The notes below the pieces were generated by a model. That model did no database searches. It was not told where the DNA came from and worked only from the letters and a program-made list of their open reading frames with translations. Positions 37,883 to 47,801 of a DNA stretch of 64,000 nucleotides are shown here, piece by piece. The position numbers and the translations under genes were made by a program. The number at the start of each line of letters is the position of its first letter. Position 1 is the first letter of the stretch. Source of the stretch: a bacterium (lineage in GTDB: Bacteria > Arandabacterota > Arandabacteria > Arandabacterales > Arandabacteraceae); NCBI GenBank assembly GCA_029933125.1, contig JAOZOU010000001.1, positions 392,702 to 456,701 on the forward strand, read 5' to 3'.

Positions 37883-40606
37883 TTACTTGATCAGCACGAG
37901 CTTGCGCCTTAGGGCACGGTCATCAACCTTGAGCAGGTACCAGTAGACACCTGATGCAACATTCTCCCCCCACCTGTCGCGCCCATTCCAGCTAACAGTA
38001 TGGTTCCCCGCATCCATGACTTCATCCACGAGTCTTGTCACTTCTCTCCCTCTCACATCGTAGATGCTGAGGAGAACACGAGCCCTATTCGAGAGACTAT
38101 ACTTAATGCGGGTCGCGCTCACGAATGGGTTTGGAGTATTTTGCCCAAGCCAGATACGGGGTTTGATTTCATCAGCTATGCCACTCGGATTATAGGGCTC
38201 ACCAAAGAAGTTGCGAAGGATGAACTCACAATTGCTACGCATTGCATCATGGTCATAGCGATAAGGACGCCCAGCGATGAAAACGAACTGTCCGCCGTCC
38301 GCTCGCTGAGTTCCGCCAGAGGAAGGATTGCGCCAGACACCAAGCCCACGTGGGATTGGAAACATATTATATTGCATGAACAATACAGTGCTTTCATCGC
38401 CAACAGATGCTGAATCAAAAACAGCATTATAGGTCTGGGAACCGCCCGAGCGCGGCATATCAACGAGTCCAGGATAAACGCTCGTTGCTCGGCGTGTTGT
38501 GTTCTCCTTATCCTCCGCCCACTGGATGTCAAGATAGGCTCTTAAGGCTTCGTAAATAAAGTCCTGACCCATGCGCGTAAGAAGCAAGACGTTGCCGCCC
38601 GCCTTAAGATATGAAACTATTGGAGCATTGTACCAGGCAGTTAGATCACCATTGTAGTTGTTGCCTACCCAGACAACCGATGAGAATTGCTTGAGTGTAT
38701 CGGCGGGAATGTCACCATGTCCAAGAGGTTGTGGGAGCGGTGAAGGATAGCCACCAGCAGGCTCAGCAAAGATATCCCAGAAGGATATGTCAAGTGACCC
38801 CCAGAAGATACTATCTTCATAAGCCGAAGTTATCTCAGTGCCATAAGTGTTCCAATCAACCCCATTGACAACAAGGATACCACGATCGAAGGTTGCATCC
38901 TTAAGCTCCTCAGAGACCATGCGCAGAATCCATTCATCCTTGTCAAGTTGAACATCCTGTGGTTCATCACTTACAAGAAGCGTAAATTGCTGACTCGCAA
39001 GGCTATCTTCGACAACGAGTGTGGTCTCCCCTGATGCTGTTGTAACACTTATCTGGATAGGCATATTAAAGATCTGATTCTCTTGTAGCCGGTCAATCGT
39101 CAACGATATTTCATAGCCATCTACAACTGGCTGATAATCCCAAGAAAACATGTAATGCGGGAAACCCTCCCCATATATCCACTCCTGGAAGAAGGCATCG
39201 AAATCTCTTCCAGCAACCTGCTCGCAGATATCTCTGAATTGCTCCGTGGTTGCTGAACCATACTGATATTGGCTGTTATAATAAGCATGGAGAATATCGA
39301 AGAAAGTTGAATCCCCCACAATTCCCCTCAACATATGGAGTACCCAGGATGCTTTGTTGTATGACAGATCCGGATCGAAGATACGATCCCAATCAGAAAG
39401 GTCGGGCACGTAGATTGTGCCTGGTCCGTAATACTTAGCATATTCCATTTGATTCTTATATTCGTCCCACCCGTATTCATGTTCTGCCCAGAGCGCTTCA
39501 CTGTATGTTGCAAAGCCTTCATTGAGCCAGATGTGATTGAAGGTATTGCAGGTTATCATATCTCCCCACCACTGATGCGAAAGCTCATGAAGCACAAGAT
39601 ACTCGCCCCAGCCCCAGAGGCTGGTAATCGTCTGGTGCTCCATGCCACCACCCCATGTAAACTCCGCCTGACCGTATTTTTCCTCGATGAAGGGGTACTC
39701 ACCATACAGATTGGCAAAAAGACCAATCATATCGGTTATCTTGGCATAGTTGGTTACACAATCAGGATAGTGGCTAGCGAAAACATAGTGGCGAATTTCC
39801 ATCGAATCAGTAGGTGAATAGTGATAGTAATCGGAATAGACGATGTAGGGATGAATTGCTACAGAGACAAGATAAGTAGCTATGGGATAGCCTTCGTGCC
39901 ACTTGTAGGTCTTTGTGCTTCCATTGTCGATGGTTGCTCTGAGAACCCCGTTTGAAGCATCAATAAGATTGCTAGGCACTGTGATCCAGATATCAACCGA
40001 GTCTGGCTTATCGTTGGGATAATCCTTGCAAGGCCACCACGTTCTTGCCCCAAATGGCTCACTCAGGCTCCATATCATATCCTCGCCATCGAAGGACTCG
40101 AAAGCAAAGGCACCAGCCGAAGACGATGGAGTGCCATGATAATAGACTGTAAAGGAAAAGGCCTCACCTGTTGAATAGGAGCGGTCAAGATTGACAGTGA
40201 GGATGTCGTTGGCATGGCTGAAGGTGAGATTACCGCTCGCAGATGTGATACTGTCCACAGTCATGTTGGAATAGAGGTCAACATCGACTTGAGAAAGCGG
40301 TCCAGTAGTAACCTCAGCCCTCATCTCGACCCCGCCTGAAACCGTTTGAGTTGCTGGATCTATGTTGAGATCAAGATGATAGTACTTGGCATCGTAGCAA
40401 TTCTGATTTGGCGTAGGCTCCGTTGCAAGAGCCTCCATGCGGGCAAAGAAACGTGCCTTTGCCTCCGCAACCTGGCAGGCTATGTCACCAGGGCGCTCTG
40501 GTTGTATCCACCTTGGCTGGGGTTGTGCAAGCCCAAGCACAGAGAAAGAAATCACGAAGGCAACAAGAAAGCAAAGCTTGAAGACCAAGTGAGTTTGATG
40601 TCCCAT
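37883..40606 (-). CDS. Secreted M1-family aminopeptidase with FlgD-Ig/T9SS-like C-terminal domain
   Basis: Signal peptide, ARTWWPC.D, GGMEH, HELSHQWWG..WLNEGFATY, YNKA, QNTPNPF..IYDVRGR..WNGRD..SGVY. Start moved to ATG 40606. Confidence 0.93.
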   Translation of the reverse strand: MGHQTHLVFKLCFLVAFVISFSVLGLAQPQPRWIQPERPGDIACQVAEAKARFFARMEALATEPTPNQNCYDAKYYHLDLNIDPATQTVSGGVEMRAEVTTGPLSQVDVDLYSNMTVDSITSASGNLTFSHANDILTVNLDRSYSTGEAFSFTVYYHGTPSSSAGAFAFESFDGEDMIWSLSEPFGARTWWPCKDYPNDKPDSVDIWITVPSNLIDASNGVLRATIDNGSTKTYKWHEGYPIATYLVSVAIHPYIVYSDYYHYSPTDSMEIRHYVFASHYPDCVTNYAKITDMIGLFANLYGEYPFIEEKYGQAEFTWGGGMEHQTITSLWGWGEYLVLHELSHQWWGDMITCNTFNHIWLNEGFATYSEALWAEHEYGWDEYKNQMEYAKYYGPGTIYVPDLSDWDRIFDPDLSYNKASWVLHMLRGIVGDSTFFDILHAYYNSQYQYGSATTEQFRDICEQVAGRDFDAFFQEWIYGEGFPHYMFSWDYQPVVDGYEISLTIDRLQENQIFNMPIQISVTTASGETTLVVEDSLASQQFTLLVSDEPQDVQLDKDEWILRMVSEELKDATFDRGILVVNGVDWNTYGTEITSAYEDSIFWGSLDISFWDIFAEPAGGYPSPLPQPLGHGDIPADTLKQFSSVVWVGNNYNGDLTAWYNAPIVSYLKAGGNVLLLTRMGQDFIYEALRAYLDIQWAEDKENTTRRATSVYPGLVDMPRSGGSQTYNAVFDSASVGDESTVLFMQYNMFPIPRGLGVWRNPSSGGTQRADGGQFVFIAGRPYRYDHDAMRSNCEFILRNFFGEPYNPSGIADEIKPRIWLGQNTPNPFVSATRIKYSLSNRARVLLSIYDVRGREVTRLVDEVMDAGNHTVSWNGRDRWGENVASGVYWYLLKVDDRALRRKLVLIK

Positions 40607-40692
40607 GGCATACTCCTTCCTGTTTAGAAACTGCGAGCGTTGCACAAATGGCTTAGCCAGATAATTCTCACACATCAAACTGCAACAGTTCA

Positions 40693-40701
40693 ATTATACC
40701 A
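40693..40701 (-). promoter_or_regulatory. Extended -10 promoter element for the aminopeptidase
   Basis: Minus strand TGGTATAAT (TGnTATAAT). Confidence 0.55.
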
Positions 40702-40836
40702 CAACCAGGCACTTTTGCATAGACGCATAGGTGCGCATTACCCCAGGTTGGGGTTGGAATTGTATCGAGCAAGAAAAGGGGATATCGGAGGCGCCCGTCC
40801 TGTTCGTTGGCTGATGATTGAGCCTATTGCGAGAAG

Positions 40837-42408
40837 CTACTTGACAACACCGATCTTAACCACCAAACTTCTCTGGCGTGTCTTTATCTGGCAGAAGTAG
40901 ATTCCCGAGCTAATGCGAGAACTTCCACCCTCTAAAGTGCTTAGATCAAGCAGGAGAGCATTGCTCATCCCATCCTGAATGGGTCTAAGTGAGCATATGA
41001 ATCTACCCATGATATCATAGAGCCTTGCAGACCTCACGGATTGCGCGGACAAAGTTTCAGGGAGCTCGAGAACCATACCTCTGTCACTCAGGCGCTTACA
41101 AGAAAGTGTACGCGGTAGGTAATCGGATGATGCCTTCCAGCCGTGGACTTCCAAGCCGTTATCTTGCCGAGAAGCGAGACTTTCGCCAGCCAGATCGCGT
41201 GGCCTAATCCTTGAACGGCAAGCAGGATTGGTAAGCACCTCATCAATATTAGCTACCTTGAGCCTCTTCCCTACAGCGTAGTCGATAATGTCAGATAGCA
41301 TGCTTGTCTCGATACACCACAATCCGTAGCAGGTATCGGCAACAACATGATTGTTGAGGATATACCACAAGCCATCGTCGGCGGCAGCATCGATATATTG
41401 CCGATAATGATTGAGAAGCCAGTAATCCTGGCTGCAATAAGACTTGAGGAAACATCGATTCATTAGGATCGGAAAGCGATTTAATGCATCATCCCCAAGC
41501 CTGCATGACTCGTAATAGTGGCGTACACTATCAATAACTGTATCGTTGTATGCAGAATAGGGAACGGCAAAGTGCTTAACAGGAAATCCCATCTTCTCCA
41601 GTATTTCCTTGGATAGCGTGAGCTCCTTCATCAAACTGTCACCGCTTATCTCAGTGAGTCTTGGATGCGTCATACTGTGACTGCCGATATCCCACCCGGC
41701 TGCCTGGAGTGCATGCAGTTCATTCCAAGTCAAATATCCGGGCTTTTCAAGCCACGTTGGGACAACATAGGCAGTTGCTGTCACATTCTTGCTTTCAAGA
41801 AGCGGCAGAGCGTATTCATAGAGGCTGCTTGAGCCATCATCGAAGGTGAGGGTGAGCACCCCAGTGTATCCTGAAACCGCCACTCTTCGCGTTAGTGTCC
41901 TGCCATCGCCCAGGTGAATAGTCACACGGACAGCATAGTCAATGGGTTGAGTGAAGGTGTGGGTGACCTTAATGCCCGTCGCATCAACGATACCATCATT
42001 TTCAAAATCCCATAGGATCTCGCTTTCGCCCTCAGGATCAAGGATCACTTCAAAATCAACAGCGAAGGGAACTACACCCCAATTGGTAGAAGCTTTAATT
42101 TTGACCTGTGATGTGGGCTCTGTGCAACCCGTCGGCTCAACGGGAGCTGCTGCTTGAGTGTCCGAATAAAGGGGTACCGCGAGAAGCATGGTAATACCTA
42201 AAGCAGCTGCTATGGAAAGTACAAAGGCCCACCCGCTTACGTTTCCCCCAGCTTTAACAAAAGATAGGTCAGGTGGGGTGCCATGATCCTGGTCTGGCCT
42301 TGCCTGTTTAGGCCCCTTGTTACAAAGGTGGGCAGGGATGGCTGTTAAGGCTTTTCTCAGGGGATTCGAGACCTCGGAAAATGGGGCATTGCTCTCCATG
42401 ACACGCAT
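40837..42408 (-). CDS. PKD domain plus polysaccharide deacetylase (CE4-like) with C-terminal sorting-type domain; true start uncertain
   Basis: WDFENDG..HTF (PKD), LTFDDG, GSHSMTH, FAVPY, LYDIMGR..SGIYF. Confidence 0.85.
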   Translation of the reverse strand: MRVMESNAPFSEVSNPLRKALTAIPAHLCNKGPKQARPDQDHGTPPDLSFVKAGGNVSGWAFVLSIAAALGITMLLAVPLYSDTQAAAPVEPTGCTEPTSQVKIKASTNWGVVPFAVDFEVILDPEGESEILWDFENDGIVDATGIKVTHTFTQPIDYAVRVTIHLGDGRTLTRRVAVSGYTGVLTLTFDDGSSSLYEYALPLLESKNVTATAYVVPTWLEKPGYLTWNELHALQAAGWDIGSHSMTHPRLTEISGDSLMKELTLSKEILEKMGFPVKHFAVPYSAYNDTVIDSVRHYYESCRLGDDALNRFPILMNRCFLKSYCSQDYWLLNHYRQYIDAAADDGLWYILNNHVVADTCYGLWCIETSMLSDIIDYAVGKRLKVANIDEVLTNPACRSRIRPRDLAGESLASRQDNGLEVHGWKASSDYLPRTLSCKRLSDRGMVLELPETLSAQSVRSARLYDIMGRFICSLRPIQDGMSNALLLDLSTLEGGSSRISSGIYFCQIKTRQRSLVVKIGVVK

Positions 42409-42573
42409 TCTCCCTTCCCTGGTAGAATGTAAGTGGATCCCATTGGCTCAAAGCCATGGTGATGTCATCTTTTTTCACCATGTCCCGCACCGAGCTTCAT
42501 TCCGACTTCTACTACCCTCCTTTAATCAAATTATCACATCCTTGTCAAGTAGCGAAAGTCAAAGCGGGTTGCA

Positions 42574-42602
42574 TTGAAATGCAGGCGCATTTATGGTAAA
42601 AT
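42574..42602 (+). promoter_or_regulatory. Sigma-70 promoter
   Basis: TTGAAA-N17-TAAAAT with extended TG. Confidence 0.7.
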
Positions 42603-42677
42603 GGCAAAAATAGATAGCGAGGTCAGATCTGATTCGTATCCTCGCCCCGCATAGACCACCGAGCTGGGAGGATAGCT

Positions 42678-45600
42678 ATGCGTAAGTCATCCCCGATCTT
42701 TTTGTTACTCAGCCTCTTTGCAGTCACTTCAGTAGCAGGTCCCCCTTCCCCAAAGTGGGTAGGGTTAGGAGGTAAGCCCTATCAGGCACAACCCCAAGTT
42801 GAAGTCAGCACTCAATTCTCTGAAGAAATTGTCATCCAGGTCAACATGGCAGGCTTCATTGCAGACCGCGTTGAGTCAAAAGTCGGTTGGTTTGCATCGA
42901 TTGAGATACCCGGCTGTGGCCAGACCAATGCGATTGGCAAAGCCAGACTTCCAGTTCTAAGGCGTGCCATTGAGATACCTCAGGGAGCAGCTCCTAATGT
43001 CGAGGTCATAGAATACACTACCACCACATACGCACTCGCCGATCTCAACCTTCCGCCAAGGATCTACCCAGTTCAACCCCCGATTGAGAAGATTCCAGGA
43101 GCCAGGCAAAGAGCTCCGTTTAAGATGTCCGAATCTTTTTATGCCTCCTCCAAGCCCTATCCTTCCTACAAGGCATGCATTGTTGAGATTGGGCAGATGC
43201 GTGGGCACAGATTTGCTGTTCTCGAGATCCCTGCAGCTATTTACATCCCAGCCTCAGGTACTTTGGAGATTGTGACAAACATAGGTTTGAGAGTCACCGT
43301 TAAAGGAGCGGATGAAGCAGCCACACGAGCAACAATTGATCGTTACGCTTCACCCTATTTTGAAGCCATTGCCTCAAAAGCACTTCTTAACTACAAGCAT
43401 CCGACAATTAAGGCCATCCCTCAAGCGCCTGTCGGCTTTCTTGTCATCACTTCACCAGACTACTACACAGAAATTCTCCCACTTGCTGAGTGGAAGAGCC
43501 AGCGAGGCTATTACACCACTGTCACTCAAACACCAGACATACCAGGCGGCGCAACTACGACAGCGATCAAGTCCTACATTCAAGATGCCTATGAGAATTG
43601 GGATGTCCCGCCAACCTTCGTGCTCCTGGTTGGAGATGTCGATGCCATTCCCAACTGGACAGGAACCGAGATTGACAATCCTCCAACCGATCTGTATTAC
43701 ACCACCATGACTGAACCCGACTACATCCCCGACATTGCAATTGGACGTATCTCAGTATCAAGTGCTACCGAAGCACAGGCTGCGGTCGGAAAGATCCTCA
43801 ACTATGAGAAGCGCCTTTTTAGCCACACCTCATGGCTTAAAAAAGCGGTCTTCATGGCCTCTGAAGACAACTGGGACATAACAGAGGGCACCCACAACTA
43901 TGTCATATCCACCTATATGGATCCTGCAGGTTTCACATCTCTGAAGCTATATTGCCACACCTACAATGCTACAACCCAGGATGTCAGCGATGCTTTCAAT
44001 GAGGGAACAGGCCTTGGAATCTACTCAGGTCATGGTGCAACGACCTACTGGGCGGATGGACCTCAATTCATGCAAAGTAACGTTGCTGCCCTAACTAATC
44101 TCGATATGTATCCCTTCGTTCAGAGCTATGCTTGCCTCACAGGGAGATATACCGAAGCCGAATGCTTCGCCGAAACATGGATCAGGCAGGCTGACAAAGC
44201 TGCAGTTGGCTTCTGGGCATCATCGGTGACCTCCTACTGGGATGAGGATGACGTACTTGAGAAGGGTGTTTTCAAGGCACTCTTCGAAGATAGCCTTACC
44301 TGGATTGGCGGGATGATAGACCAGGGCAAGTGGCATCTTTATGAATATTATGGAGGTGCTGGCTCAACCAGGCGCTATTATGAGATGTATAATCTCCTTG
44401 GGGATCCATCAGTTGATATTTGGACAGATGAGCCCCACACTATGGATGTTGCCTATGCAACAGCCATCCCGGTTGGTGCGACGAGTTACGAAGTCCATGC
44501 GAGCGAGAATTCAACCCCTCTTCCAGATGCAATGGCTTCGCTTTTCTGGCCAGGTACACTCTTCGGCAGTGGCTATACGAATTCGAGCGGTGATGCAATG
44601 CTCGACCTCAATCCAAGCCCGAATGAGCCAGGTGAGATGATTCTCACCCTGACACACCACAACTTCACTCCTTTTAGTGATACGCTTCAAGTTGTTGTCC
44701 CTGCTACTGTCGTGATAGATCCGGATACGATTGAAGTTGGGGTCACAACAGCAGTTAGTGTGGCTGTGCTTGATACGCTTTCTGCTCCAGTGGAAAGCGT
44801 CGAAGTGACAATTGATGGTTGGGGAATTGAACCGCCTCTGCATGATACTACAGATGCTTCAGGCCAGGCCTACTTCAGCATTAGCGCCCCATACGGCGAG
44901 GCTCTCTCGGTCAAGGGAAGCAAACTCAATCAATCCTATGATCTCTTCAATGATTCGCTATATGTTGTCGGAGCAATTGCCCTACCCAACCCTGCGATTG
45001 AAGCTCGTGTTGATGCCGTTGGTCTTGTCGGCGCTCTCACACCCGATTTTGAGGGAACGATCGTGGGTAGAAGCGACCACGCAGGCCTCGACATCTTTGC
45101 CAGAGGCTGTGGCATTGACACTTCAGCTTCTTCATCCTCAGACTCAGTCATAGTCGCTGCCACGCCAGATTGTGTCGGTCAAGTCAAGGTTGCTTTAGCT
45201 TCTCCAGGCTATGAGGTCTATGAAGATGAGATCAGCGTGATCATTGCCTACGGAACACTTGCAGGCACAGTACTGGACTCAACCACAGCTCAACCCATCG
45301 AAGGTGCCTTGCTGAGGGCTTATCCATCTGGCTCAGATACCTCGAGTACTCCATCATCCTTTGAAACGTTAAGTCAGGCTGATGGATCATATGCCTCGAG
45401 CGATAGTCTTCGCGTCGGCGCATATCAAGTCTATTCAACCAAGTTCGGCTATCTTGCTTCTGCTGGCTCAACCATGATCCGGGTGGGTGCAAACACCTAT
45501 GACATCCTCATGATTCCAGCCCCTGCTGGGATTGTCACCGGTACAGTGACTGAGGAAGGCACAGGTAAACCCCTGAGTGCTACACTTGAGATATATCGGA

Positions 45601-47459
45601 GTGATGACATGTCGCTTTACTCCGAGGCAACCTCGGATTCGCTTTCGGGTGGAAGTTACACAACTGAGCCCCTCCCTTACTTCACGTATGTGTTCACAGT
45701 AAAAGCAACGCACTACATAACAAAGAGCATCAATGTGACTGTTGCTGAAAGCACCCAAACAGTCAACTTTGAGCTTACACCCACTGAGGGCAATCTGCTT
45801 GTAATCGATGATGACACAGGGGATTTGCTTGCCGAGGTGAAGGTGGGTGAGAAAGGTGAAACCTTATCAAGCCTCACAAGGGCACTTGACTACGAGGCTA
45901 AATCCTCGGCTAGTCTCATCGCTGAGGATCTCGCCTCGCTTGGCTATGATGTGACAACTCAGAGTTCAGCGGCAACCGATCCAGCTACCTGGCAAGACTA
46001 CGACCTTATCATCTGGAGCTCAGGTGATGATACTTCCCCTGTTTCTGTTTCATCTTACCGTAGCAATCTCAACTCCTATGTTGCATCGGGGGGCAAACTT
46101 CTCATCGAGGGCGGTGAGATTGGCTATGATGCTGCTTCAAGCCCTGGTTATCCAAATCTCGCCGATACCACCCTCCATATTGTGGAGTGGCAGCATGATT
46201 CATCCGGAGATCTTTCACTCGCCATGCCAAATCATCCAGTCGCTACAACTCCGAACATTCTACCTTCTACCATAACGATGAGCTATGTTGGATACGGTGA
46301 TGAGGATGCTTTGACGGGTGATGCACAAACCCAGGCCATCTTTGAATGGAGTTCCTATCCTGGACTCGCTGGTGTGTTCGCATATGACAATAACCCTGAT
46401 ACCACAAGCTGCCAGATAATCTTCTTCTCCTTCGACTACTCAAATGCGGCTGATTCAACTTCTCGAGTCAATCTACTTGAAAACGCCGTTTCCTATCTTC
46501 TGAGACCCGAGCCCGGCGCTGAGGGTTCAATCAGTGGCATCGTTGAACTCTATGGCGAGACAAACTATGAGGGCACGATCGTCAGGCTTAGCCCTATGGG
46601 ACTTGCCGACACTACGGATGCAGCTGGTAACTATTACATCTCAGGTCTCTTTGATGGTGCATACAAGGTTACCGCAACAAAGCAAGGTTTTGCTGATTCG
46701 AGCCGAACAGTTGTGATTTCGGGTGGATCACACGTCGGCGATGTCAATTTCACTCTTTACCCAGTAATAGAGTACATGGACAGTCCAGAGATCGCCATAC
46801 CCGATAATGATCCAGCTGGCATAAGGGCTTACATCAATGTCGATGCCGACCAGCCAATTGCTTCCGTCGATTGTTATGTCAACATCTCCCACACTTATGT
46901 TGGTGATCTCATAGTTGAGCTCACATCGCCGGAAGGATCGACTGTCAGGCTTCACAATCGAACAGGTGGATCAAGTAATGACATAGTAACCTGGTACGAT
47001 ACGGATACTGAGCCTGATGGTCCTGGAACAATGTCTGACTTTACAGGTGAGATTGCAGCAGGCCAATGGGAGCTCTGGGTAAGCGATCAAGCTGGTGCAG
47101 ATACTGGAACGCTCCATACCTGGGGACTTCATCTAAGCTTCCCTTGGACAAGTGCAGGGCTAAGTCAAGGCACAGAAATTTACGTTACCCGTCTTATAGG
47201 TATAAGCCCCTTGCCGTTATCAAGCTGCGCCAGCTTCACTTTTTCCCTTGCAAAGGCTGAGCAGGTGGATATAGCAATTTACAATGTTTGTGGGCAGCGC
47301 CTTGCAGAGATCACTTCTGCAAAGTACGAACCTGGGCTTCATTCGCTCATCTGGAGAATAGAGAATCAAGAAAGACAGAGTTTAGCAAGCGGTATTTACT
47401 TCTGTCGTTTCAAGGCGGGTGAGTATCAAACTACAAGGCGCATCGTCATAATACGGTAA
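42678..47459 (+). CDS. Secreted C25 (gingipain-family) cysteine peptidase, multidomain
   Basis: Signal peptide, propeptide, VLLVGD, D...GRI, SGHG and YAC catalytic His/Cys, YNLLGDP, carboxypeptidase-regulatory-like repeats, P-proprotein domain (ISHTYVGDL..L.SP.G), IYNVCGQ..SGIYF. Confidence 0.92.
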   Translation: MRKSSPIFLLLSLFAVTSVAGPPSPKWVGLGGKPYQAQPQVEVSTQFSEEIVIQVNMAGFIADRVESKVGWFASIEIPGCGQTNAIGKARLPVLRRAIEIPQGAAPNVEVIEYTTTTYALADLNLPPRIYPVQPPIEKIPGARQRAPFKMSESFYASSKPYPSYKACIVEIGQMRGHRFAVLEIPAAIYIPASGTLEIVTNIGLRVTVKGADEAATRATIDRYASPYFEAIASKALLNYKHPTIKAIPQAPVGFLVITSPDYYTEILPLAEWKSQRGYYTTVTQTPDIPGGATTTAIKSYIQDAYENWDVPPTFVLLVGDVDAIPNWTGTEIDNPPTDLYYTTMTEPDYIPDIAIGRISVSSATEAQAAVGKILNYEKRLFSHTSWLKKAVFMASEDNWDITEGTHNYVISTYMDPAGFTSLKLYCHTYNATTQDVSDAFNEGTGLGIYSGHGATTYWADGPQFMQSNVAALTNLDMYPFVQSYACLTGRYTEAECFAETWIRQADKAAVGFWASSVTSYWDEDDVLEKGVFKALFEDSLTWIGGMIDQGKWHLYEYYGGAGSTRRYYEMYNLLGDPSVDIWTDEPHTMDVAYATAIPVGATSYEVHASENSTPLPDAMASLFWPGTLFGSGYTNSSGDAMLDLNPSPNEPGEMILTLTHHNFTPFSDTLQVVVPATVVIDPDTIEVGVTTAVSVAVLDTLSAPVESVEVTIDGWGIEPPLHDTTDASGQAYFSISAPYGEALSVKGSKLNQSYDLFNDSLYVVGAIALPNPAIEARVDAVGLVGALTPDFEGTIVGRSDHAGLDIFARGCGIDTSASSSSDSVIVAATPDCVGQVKVALASPGYEVYEDEISVIIAYGTLAGTVLDSTTAQPIEGALLRAYPSGSDTSSTPSSFETLSQADGSYASSDSLRVGAYQVYSTKFGYLASAGSTMIRVGANTYDILMIPAPAGIVTGTVTEEGTGKPLSATLEIYRSDDMSLYSEATSDSLSGGSYTTEPLPYFTYVFTVKATHYITKSINVTVAESTQTVNFELTPTEGNLLVIDDDTGDLLAEVKVGEKGETLSSLTRALDYEAKSSASLIAEDLASLGYDVTTQSSAATDPATWQDYDLIIWSSGDDTSPVSVSSYRSNLNSYVASGGKLLIEGGEIGYDAASSPGYPNLADTTLHIVEWQHDSSGDLSLAMPNHPVATTPNILPSTITMSYVGYGDEDALTGDAQTQAIFEWSSYPGLAGVFAYDNNPDTTSCQIIFFSFDYSNAADSTSRVNLLENAVSYLLRPEPGAEGSISGIVELYGETNYEGTIVRLSPMGLADTTDAAGNYYISGLFDGAYKVTATKQGFADSSRTVVISGGSHVGDVNFTLYPVIEYMDSPEIAIPDNDPAGIRAYINVDADQPIASVDCYVNISHTYVGDLIVELTSPEGSTVRLHNRTGGSSNDIVTWYDTDTEPDGPGTMSDFTGEIAAGQWELWVSDQAGADTGTLHTWGLHLSFPWTSAGLSQGTEIYVTRLIGISPLPLSSCASFTFSLAKAEQVDIAIYNVCGQRLAEITSAKYEPGLHSLIWRIENQERQSLASGIYFCRFKAGEYQTTRRIVIIR

Positions 47460-47739
47460 GCGAATAACATTGCAGCCGTCGTGTTATTCTGCACTACAAT
47501 GGCAGGACGTTGCTTACCCTGAGCTGAGACTCTTACCCTGATTGGTGATGGGGAAATCTGAAAAATAGTTGCTGCCGTTGCGTGACCATTTTTGTCTTGC
47601 TATCGACCTCTGTCAAAATGGCAACAACCGCAGCATCGGCACCCCTCGCCTACCCCATCACACTCACTAGCGCCCAAATCTTAGCCAGTCGGTAATCCGA
47701 TCTCAAGCCAATCAGTCTGCCTGGCCCCAGGAATGTTGC

Positions 47740-47767
47740 TCAAGTTTACCCCTTCGAGTGTCGATAA
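47740..47767 (+). promoter_or_regulatory. Putative sigma-28 promoter
   Basis: TCAAGTTT-N12-GTCGATAA versus consensus TAAAGTTT-N11-GCCGATAA. Confidence 0.55.
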
Positions 47768-47801
47768 GACATGTGGAGGTGTCTACACTCGGAGGAGAAT
47801 C

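Noticed and set aside
42190..42540. Possible riboswitch in the long leader of the deacetylase gene
   Set aside because: I could not recognise any aptamer consensus; the start codon is simply uncertain.
47461..47630. Hairpin GAATAACA..TGTTATTC, direct repeat CTTACCCTGA x2 (47513, 47532) and a weak match to the flagellar 13-mer
   Set aside because: Only two short copies, no U-tract and several mismatches; not distinguishable from chance and not CRISPR-like.
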